A stretch of 32,000 nucleotides of DNA from positions 1,230,001-1,262,000 of the forward strand of contig NZ_CP019384.1 in NCBI RefSeq assembly GCF_004102945.1. The letters are read 5' to 3'. The notes under the pieces were generated by a model that did not search any database, was not told the origin of the DNA, and was given only the letters and a program-made list of their open reading frames with translations. A program made the position numbers and the translations under genes. The stretch comes from Candidatus Velamenicoccus archaeovorus. Its GTDB lineage: Bacteria; Omnitrophota; Gorgyraeia; Velamenicoccales; Velamenicoccaceae. Of this stretch, positions 25,867 to 32,000 are shown in pieces; the stretch's first letter is position 1, and each line of letters opens with the position of its first letter.

Positions 25867-26954
25867 CTGATCTTAAGGGTCGTGAGGGTAAAAAGCGCCA
25901 GGATGGCCGAGATGATCCAGAACCGCACGATCACTTTGGATTCCGACCATCCCATCATCTGAAAATGGTGGTGCAACGGCGCCATTTTAAAGATGCGTTT
26001 TTTCCGCAGCTTGAAAGACCCGACCTGCAGGATCACCGAGAGCGCCTCGATCACGAAAACGCCGCCGACGATCACCAAGAGAAGCTCTTTTTTGATGAGG
26101 ACGGCGGTCAGACCGATAAATCCGCCCAGGGCCAGCGAACCGACATCCCCCATAAAGACGGATGCCGGATAGCAATTGAACCACAAAAACCCCATGCAGG
26201 CGCCCAGGATGGCGGCGCAGAGCACCGTCAATTCTCCGACGCCTTCGATATAGGGGATAAACAAATACTGGCTGAAACGCAGGTGTCCTGTCAAATAGGT
26301 GAGGATCCCATAAGAAAAAACGACCATCAAGACACACCCCGTCGCCAGGCCGTCAAGCCCGTCTGTGAGATTGACCGCGTTGGATGTTCCCACGATTACC
26401 AGGATGACGAAAAAAATATAAAACACACCCAGCTCGAAAGAGACGTTCTTCAAAAAAGGCACGTCGATGCTTGTCGAAAGATCGGGATTCAGATAAATGA
26501 CGACACCGACAATGACCCCCAAAAGAAGCTGTCCGACAAGCTTGGCCCTGGCGCTCAATCCCTGGGAACGCTTGTATTTAAGCTTGATATAGTCATCGGC
26601 AAATCCCACAAAACCCAACCAGAGAAGCGCCAGCAAACTCAAGAGCACATAATTATTCTGAAGATCTCCCCACAGGAGGGTCGCCACAATGGTCGACAAG
26701 ACCATCAGGATGCCACCCATGGTCGGGGTCCCCTGTTTGTGATGATGCAGGTCGTAGAGGGCGTGGACCTCCTGTTTCTGACGGACATGCTCGCAGACAT
26801 GGAGCTCGGCAAGTTTACGGATGATGCGGCTGCCGAAGATCAGACAGAAGAAAAAGGTCGTCATCGCCGCCATGCTGGCCCGGAAGGTGATGTATTTGAA
26901 CACATTCAGGGCTGGAAAATAATCTTTGAGGGGATAAAGCAGGTAATATAGCAT
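25863..26954 (-). CDS. mraY: Phospho-N-acetylmuramoyl-pentapeptide transferase
   Basis: 363-aa polytopic ORF with MraY motifs (GTPTMGG, FADDYIKL, NAVNLTDGLDGLA, HHHFQ). Confidence 0.95.
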   Translation of the reverse strand: MLYYLLYPLKDYFPALNVFKYITFRASMAAMTTFFFCLIFGSRIIRKLAELHVCEHVRQKQEVHALYDLHHHKQGTPTMGGILMVLSTIVATLLWGDLQNNYVLLSLLALLWLGFVGFADDYIKLKYKRSQGLSARAKLVGQLLLGVIVGVVIYLNPDLSTSIDVPFLKNVSFELGVFYIFFVILVIVGTSNAVNLTDGLDGLATGCVLMVVFSYGILTYLTGHLRFSQYLFIPYIEGVGELTVLCAAILGACMGFLWFNCYPASVFMGDVGSLALGGFIGLTAVLIKKELLLVIVGGVFVIEALSVILQVGSFKLRKKRIFKMAPLHHHFQMMGWSESKVIVRFWIISAILALFTLTTLKIR

Positions 26955-28328
26955 CTATCCTCGCTCCTTCATGAATGAAACGATCCTCTCCATCTTCATG
27001 GCGCGCGACCCTTTGATCAAAAGGATGTCGCCTTCTCTGACATTCGCCCCGAGGAACTCCAGGACCTTCGGATAATCATCGCAATGGACGATCGCCTCCG
27101 TCCGCATGCCGCTCTTGCGGGCGCTTTCCGACGTCCACTTGGAAAAAGACCCCATCGTCACCAAAATATCGATGGGTTTCTTAGAAATGTAATTCCCGAA
27201 ATAAGCATGGAACTCCTGAGATTTGCTCCCGAGCTCCATCATATCCCCCATGACCAGGATTTTGCGCCCTCCCTCCTGGCTGTGGCGGCACAACACATCA
27301 ATAGCCTGCTTGAGCGATTGAGGGTTGGAATTATAGGAATCGTCGATCACGGTGCAACGGCCGAGGCGTATCTCCTTGAGACGCATCTCCGGAGAATCGA
27401 AGCTCCTGATGCGCTCACGGATAGCGCCGATCTCCAGCCCAAAAAACAATCCGCAGGCGATAGCGGCCATGGCATTGCTGACGTTATGCAGGGCGCAGTG
27501 CCTGATCTCCATGAAATGGCTGTTGTTGAACAGAAAAGAAATCCCGTCCGGCTTGTAGTTGATTTCTGTCGCGTTGAATTCACAATCCCGGTTGATGCCA
27601 TAGAAAAAGATAGGACGCGTCTTGACACGGCTGAGCCTCGCCAGCGCGATATCCGACTTGTTCAAAAGGGCAATGCCGGGCGAAACGAGGTTACGCACCA
27701 GTTCGATCTTCTCTTTATAAACCCCTTTGATATTTTCAAGAAACTCCAGGTGAGCCGGCCCGATGTTCGTGATGATGCCGAGATTTGGCTGGGCGATCTG
27801 TGTCAAGCGGTGGATCTCGCCCTTGCGATTGGTCCCCAGCTCGATGACGCAGAGGTCATGCTGGGACTGAATGCTCAAGAGCGTCAAGGGGACGCCGATC
27901 AGGTTATTTTGCGTCCCATGATTCTTGTGAACCTTGTATTTGGCCGACAGCACCCAGGCCACCATTTCTTTGGTGGTCGTCTTGCCGCTGGAACCCGTGA
28001 TGGCGATGACAGGAATATCAAAACGCTCCCTGTGGTAACGGGCAAGGGCACCGAGGGCCATCACGGTGTTGGGAACATAAACGCTGGCGACATCCTTCTT
28101 AACCTTGGGGGTCTTTTCTGCTGCAGAATAAATGACGCCTGCGGCGCCCTGCTTGAGCGCCTGGGGAATGAAGTCATGACCGTCAAAATTCTGCCCCCGG
28201 ATCGCCAGGAATATCTCTTTAGGCTTGAGTGTACGGCTATCGATGGAAACGCCCGCAAAACGCATCTTTGGCGTTCCGCTCTGCAGTGTCCCTCCTGTCG
28301 CCTCCAGAATATCTTTTAAATTGAACAT
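26955..28328 (-). CDS. murF: UDP-N-acetylmuramoyl-tripeptide--D-alanyl-D-alanine ligase
   Basis: Mur ligase with the P-loop ITGSSGKTTTKEM. I chose the ATG at 28326-28328 (MFNLKDILEATGG...), which has AGGA 6-7 nt upstream. The track ORF allows an alternative ATG at 28352. Confidence 0.9.
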   Translation of the reverse strand: MFNLKDILEATGGTLQSGTPKMRFAGVSIDSRTLKPKEIFLAIRGQNFDGHDFIPQALKQGAAGVIYSAAEKTPKVKKDVASVYVPNTVMALGALARYHRERFDIPVIAITGSSGKTTTKEMVAWVLSAKYKVHKNHGTQNNLIGVPLTLLSIQSQHDLCVIELGTNRKGEIHRLTQIAQPNLGIITNIGPAHLEFLENIKGVYKEKIELVRNLVSPGIALLNKSDIALARLSRVKTRPIFFYGINRDCEFNATEINYKPDGISFLFNNSHFMEIRHCALHNVSNAMAAIACGLFFGLEIGAIRERIRSFDSPEMRLKEIRLGRCTVIDDSYNSNPQSLKQAIDVLCRHSQEGGRKILVMGDMMELGSKSQEFHAYFGNYISKKPIDILVTMGSFSKWTSESARKSGMRTEAIVHCDDYPKVLEFLGANVREGDILLIKGSRAMKMERIVSFMKERG

Positions 28329-28372
28329 CGGAAATCCTGCTGTGCCTGCCATCGGACCCGCAGGGAGACCCC

Positions 28373-29827
28373 CTAAAGGTTCTTGCGGACCGCTTCCATA
28401 TCGTCGAAAGCAACGACGTTATCGCCCGTGATCTGATAAGCCTCGTGCCCTTTGCCTGCGACCAAAACGAGGTCTCCGGGCCTGGCCAGATCCATGGCAC
28501 GACGGATCGCCTCCAAGCGGTCCGGTTCCACAAGATAATTATCCCGTCCCATCCCTTTCAAAATATCCCGGATAATAGCCTGGGGGTCTTCACTGCGGGA
28601 ATTATCGGAGGTCACCACGCAATAATCGGACAGCGTGCTCGCCACACGCCCCATCTTCGGCCGTTTCGTGCGGTCACGGTCCCCTCCGCAGCCAAAGACG
28701 GTGATAATTCTGCCATTATGGGCGATAGCGCGCAAAGATTCAAGAACATTTTTCAATGCATCTTCCGTATGGGCGTAATCGACAAAAACATGGAAACCCC
28801 GCGGGCTCGTGACCCTCTCCAGGCGGCCCGGGACCCGCGTCACCGCTTCTATCCCGCGGCGGATATCTTCCATCCTTACACCCTGCGAGACACCGAGAGA
28901 AATGGCGGCGAGGATATTATAGATATTGTGTTTTCCGATCAGCTTCGTTTCCAATTCCAGGGCACCCGCAGGGCTAGAGACAGAGACCCTTGAACCCTGC
29001 GCCGAAAGTTCATAACCTGTCGCCTGCACATCGAGGCCCTTCGACAAGCCATATCGCAAGACGCGGCCCCGGGAAACAACGATAAGCCTGGCGCCGTAGG
29101 CATCGTCTGCATTGACGATCGACCAGCCGCCGGCGCTCAAGGATTCCCTGAAGAGCTTCCCTTTGGCATGAAAATAATCCTCCAAGTCCTTGTGGTAATC
29201 CAGGTGGTCCTGTGTCAGGTTCGTGAAAACGCCTGCGCAAAAAGAAAGGCCGGCCACGCGGCCCTGATGAAGGGCATGGGAAGACACCTCCATGGCGACA
29301 TAGACATCCCCCGCTGCTTCCATCTCCTTAAAGATCCTCTGCAGGTCCAGGGGGCCCGGCGTCGTATTCCCCAAGGCAACATTCTTGTCGCGCGCTTGAT
29401 AGCCGATCGTCCCGATGAGGCCGCATGGCCTGGCTGCGGCCTCCAGGACGCTCTTGATGAGATAGGAAACAGTTGTCTTGCCGTTCGTCCCCGTGATGCC
29501 GACCAGCTTCAGGTGACGGCAGGGATCTCCGAAGAAATTCTTGGCCAGGACGACCAAGGCATTCAAAGAATCCCCTACCACGACGCACGGCACCTGAGGG
29601 ACCGGCGGAACCTGGGCCCTGTCCTCCAGAACAATAGCGGCAGCCTGACGGCGGACGGCCTCTTCGACAAAGACATGTCCATCCTGCCGGGGTCCCCGCA
29701 AGGCCACAAAAAGCGCGCCTTTGTGAACACGGCGCGAATCCGAAACGATATCGTTGATATCAACATCGTCCAGGCGGCCGATAACGGCTTTGACCGCGAC
29801 ATTTCTAAAAAGCTCTCGATCACGCAT
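28373..29827 (-). CDS. murE: UDP-N-acetylmuramoyl-L-alanyl-D-glutamate--2,6-diaminopimelate ligase
   Basis: 484-aa Mur ligase with the P-loop GITGTNGKTTVSYL. At the site of the DAP-specificity DNPR motif it reads SDNSRSEDP. The Arg is retained, so meso-DAP type is the most likely assignment. Confidence 0.9.
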   Translation of the reverse strand: MRDRELFRNVAVKAVIGRLDDVDINDIVSDSRRVHKGALFVALRGPRQDGHVFVEEAVRRQAAAIVLEDRAQVPPVPQVPCVVVGDSLNALVVLAKNFFGDPCRHLKLVGITGTNGKTTVSYLIKSVLEAAARPCGLIGTIGYQARDKNVALGNTTPGPLDLQRIFKEMEAAGDVYVAMEVSSHALHQGRVAGLSFCAGVFTNLTQDHLDYHKDLEDYFHAKGKLFRESLSAGGWSIVNADDAYGARLIVVSRGRVLRYGLSKGLDVQATGYELSAQGSRVSVSSPAGALELETKLIGKHNIYNILAAISLGVSQGVRMEDIRRGIEAVTRVPGRLERVTSPRGFHVFVDYAHTEDALKNVLESLRAIAHNGRIITVFGCGGDRDRTKRPKMGRVASTLSDYCVVTSDNSRSEDPQAIIRDILKGMGRDNYLVEPDRLEAIRRAMDLARPGDLVLVAGKGHEAYQITGDNVVAFDDMEAVRKNL

Positions 29828-31532
29828 CGGATTTATCCATAGAAGAAATGATCTTATCCTCTTGGGTCATCTGCCTGTATTTCAACACATCTTCGGCGAT
29901 CATCTTAAAAGCGGGTGCCGAGACGACGCCGCCGTAATAATAAGGCCTGGGCTCGTCGACGATGACGGCAACGGCGATCTGCGGATCATCCACCGGCGCA
30001 AAACCGATGAAAGATGCGACGAACTTCGAATGGGAATATGTACCGTTGGCTTCCACCTTTTGGGCCGTGCCCGTCTTGCCGGCAAACCGGTAAAGCTTTG
30101 ACTGCGCCATCTTTCCCGTCCCCGCTTCAACGACACTGGCCAGGATCTGACGCATCCTCTTCGATGTCTCTGGCGAAATAACCTGCCGGGCTTCCTCAGG
30201 ACCATATTCCTTGATGACTTCCCCATGTCTGTCAACGATAGCCTGAACCACATACGGCCTCATATAACGGCCATCGTTGGCGATGGCGGCTATGGCGGCC
30301 GCCAACTGTATGGCCGTGACGCAAACCTCCTGGCCGATCGGGACCGCTCCGATAGACGTCTTCGACCAGACAGAAACAGGTTTAAGCACGCCGCCCACCT
30401 CCCCCGGCAGACCGCTGGCCGTCGTGGCCCCAAAGCCGAAATTCTTGGCATATTTGTAAACCGCCGCCGGCCCGATCTTCTGGGCGATCTTTGTTGTGCC
30501 GATATTACTGGACTGGGCGATCACCTCACGGAAAGCCAGGCTGCCGTAAGGATGCACATCGTGCAACGTATGATTGGCCACGCGGTATTCCCCATTCTCA
30601 CAAAAAATCCTGTCTTCCTCCGTAAACCTGCCTTCATCGAGAGCCGCCGAGGCCGTGACGATCTTGAAAACAGACCCCGGCTCGAAATAGTCCGTGACGG
30701 CCCTGTCGCGCCTGGCCTCCACCGGATAAGACGAAGGAGCGTTCAGATCGTAAGCGGGCCTGTTGACGAGCGCCAGGATCTCGCCTGTTTTGACATCCAA
30801 CACAACAGCCATCGCTCCCTTGGCGCGGTATTTCTGGAATATCTTGTCCACTTCCCTCTCTGCAATATACTGCACGACCTCATCGATGGTCAAAACCAGC
30901 GAATAGCCGTCTGCAGGAGGCTGCAGGGCATCGGCGATCGTCAAATCCCTCTGGCGGGCGTCGCGTAGAACAAATGTCCAACCGGGCGTCCCTTTAAGAT
31001 AGGAATCGAACTTCATCTCCAAACCATCAAGCCCCTGGTTGTCGAGGCCGGCAAAGCCGATCACCTGACTGGCCATCTTCGCATGGGGATAGGAACGCTT
31101 GCTCTCCTTGAGAAAGTGGAGACCGTCGATATCCAACGCCCGCACCTTCTCCATGACCTGCCAGTCGAGCTTACGGGCAATCCAGACGAACTGCTTGGGC
31201 CGGTTCAGTCTCTCCAGGACAAAACCTTCATCCAACCCCAAGGCCTCATGCAGCATGCGGGCCGTGCGCGCCTTGTCTTTGACTTGAGGAGGGACGCCGT
31301 AAAGGGAAAACGTGGCGACATTAACGGCCATCGGCCTCATGTTGCGGTCAAAGATATCGCCGCGCTTGGGTTCAAGCTCCACGTAATATGTCTGTTGTTT
31401 AGCCGCGAGTTTAAGCAAAAAAGCGGAACGGAAGAGATGGATCGAGATCAGCTGGATGAGGAAAAAAACAAGCAGCCCTAGAAAGACGACGAAGACGAGC
31501 GCGATTCGCGAAGATTTGATTTTTAAAAACAC
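29820..31532 (-). CDS. ftsI: Class B penicillin-binding protein FtsI (PBP3, divisome transpeptidase)
   Basis: 570-aa ORF with a GTG start (plus cac at 31530-31532) and an N-terminal TM anchor. Motifs are SxxK (GSVFKIV), SxN (QSSNIG) and KTG (GKTGTAQK). It lies between ftsL and murE. Confidence 0.9.
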   Translation of the reverse strand: MFLKIKSSRIALVFVVFLGLLVFFLIQLISIHLFRSAFLLKLAAKQQTYYVELEPKRGDIFDRNMRPMAVNVATFSLYGVPPQVKDKARTARMLHEALGLDEGFVLERLNRPKQFVWIARKLDWQVMEKVRALDIDGLHFLKESKRSYPHAKMASQVIGFAGLDNQGLDGLEMKFDSYLKGTPGWTFVLRDARQRDLTIADALQPPADGYSLVLTIDEVVQYIAEREVDKIFQKYRAKGAMAVVLDVKTGEILALVNRPAYDLNAPSSYPVEARRDRAVTDYFEPGSVFKIVTASAALDEGRFTEEDRIFCENGEYRVANHTLHDVHPYGSLAFREVIAQSSNIGTTKIAQKIGPAAVYKYAKNFGFGATTASGLPGEVGGVLKPVSVWSKTSIGAVPIGQEVCVTAIQLAAAIAAIANDGRYMRPYVVQAIVDRHGEVIKEYGPEEARQVISPETSKRMRQILASVVEAGTGKMAQSKLYRFAGKTGTAQKVEANGTYSHSKFVASFIGFAPVDDPQIAVAVIVDEPRPYYYGGVVSAPAFKMIAEDVLKYRQMTQEDKIISSMDKSDA

Positions 31533-31598
31533 GTATACGGACCAAAAGGGCCGGCAAAGGCAATAAGTTTAAAAATTTAACAAGACAAAAACTCCGGA

Positions 31599-31994
31599 TC
31601 ACTTAACCGTCTTGGCCTCGGCCTGGCTGGGTGCGAATATATTCTGCCTGGCCAGACGCTTCAGGAAGGAAAACGGCGCAAACCCCCTTTTTGTACCGGC
31701 GGCTACCCGCATCCCTTGAGCTCTGGAAGGCGCGACCCTGACCAACTTAAAGCTCTGCGCCATCTCGTATTGGTTATTATTGTTCATAAAAAGGCTCTTG
31801 TCCAGATTCGAGGGCGACTCGAGGCTTGTGAGCGTGAATTCCAAGGATGTCCGGCGATCCCGCATCGACTCCAGCACATTTTCGGCACGCGTGATCCTGT
31901 ACCCCAGCTTGACGATTTCCGTCTGCTGAAAGACATAAAAAAGGCTCAGGACCGTGACGATGGCGGTATAAAGGATGCAGCGTGATGTTCTCAT
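31599..31994 (-). CDS. ftsL: FtsL-like bitopic cell division protein
   Basis: 131-aa ORF with one N-terminal TM segment (ILYTAIVTVLSLFYVF) followed by a coiled-coil-like region (EIVKLGYRITRAENVLESMRDRRTSLEFTLTSLESPSNL). It occupies the canonical position immediately upstream of ftsI. Sequence similarity alone is weak. Confidence 0.5.
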   Translation of the reverse strand: MRTSRCILYTAIVTVLSLFYVFQQTEIVKLGYRITRAENVLESMRDRRTSLEFTLTSLESPSNLDKSLFMNNNNQYEMAQSFKLVRVAPSRAQGMRVAAGTKRGFAPFSFLKRLARQNIFAPSQAEAKTVK

Positions 31995-32000
31995 GTGTCT

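Overview
All recognisable genes in this window lie on the minus strand: 31 co-directional, mostly overlapping or tightly spaced CDSs. It is a core cell-envelope and morphogenesis region of a roughly 55-58% GC bacterium with a Gram-negative-type envelope. I see no rRNA, tRNA, CRISPR array, transposase, integrase or obvious defence system. In transcription order (high to low coordinates) there are four blocks. (1) A dcw cluster: ftsL-ftsI-murE-murF-mraY-murD-ftsW-murG-[exported HExxH metallopeptidase]-murC-murB-ddl-ftsQ-ftsA. (2) A 430-bp hairpin and repeat-rich spacer where ftsZ would normally sit. (3) yggS-proC-mtnP-ileS, a second repeat-rich spacer, then a DksA/TraR-like zinc-finger gene with lspA-lgt-rluD, and aroA as an apparently separate unit. 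(4) The elongasome operon mreB-mreC-mreD-mrdA(PBP2)-rodA, followed by the 5' end of a radical SAM gene. Most of the window is ordinary and I did not find a clear-cut novel multi-gene system. The items worth a second look are: a family of structured hairpin repeats whose stem is kept by four compensatory base-pair changes, and whose copies flank the yggS-ileS block in inverted orientation; the absence of ftsZ after ftsA; a signal-peptide zinc metallopeptidase translationally coupled between murG and murC; a 171-nt near-perfect rod-like hairpin downstream of rodA; and two short tandem repeats, one inside yggS and one directly upstream of ftsW. All calls come from reading the sequence and the ORF translations by eye. 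No database search or folding calculation was run.
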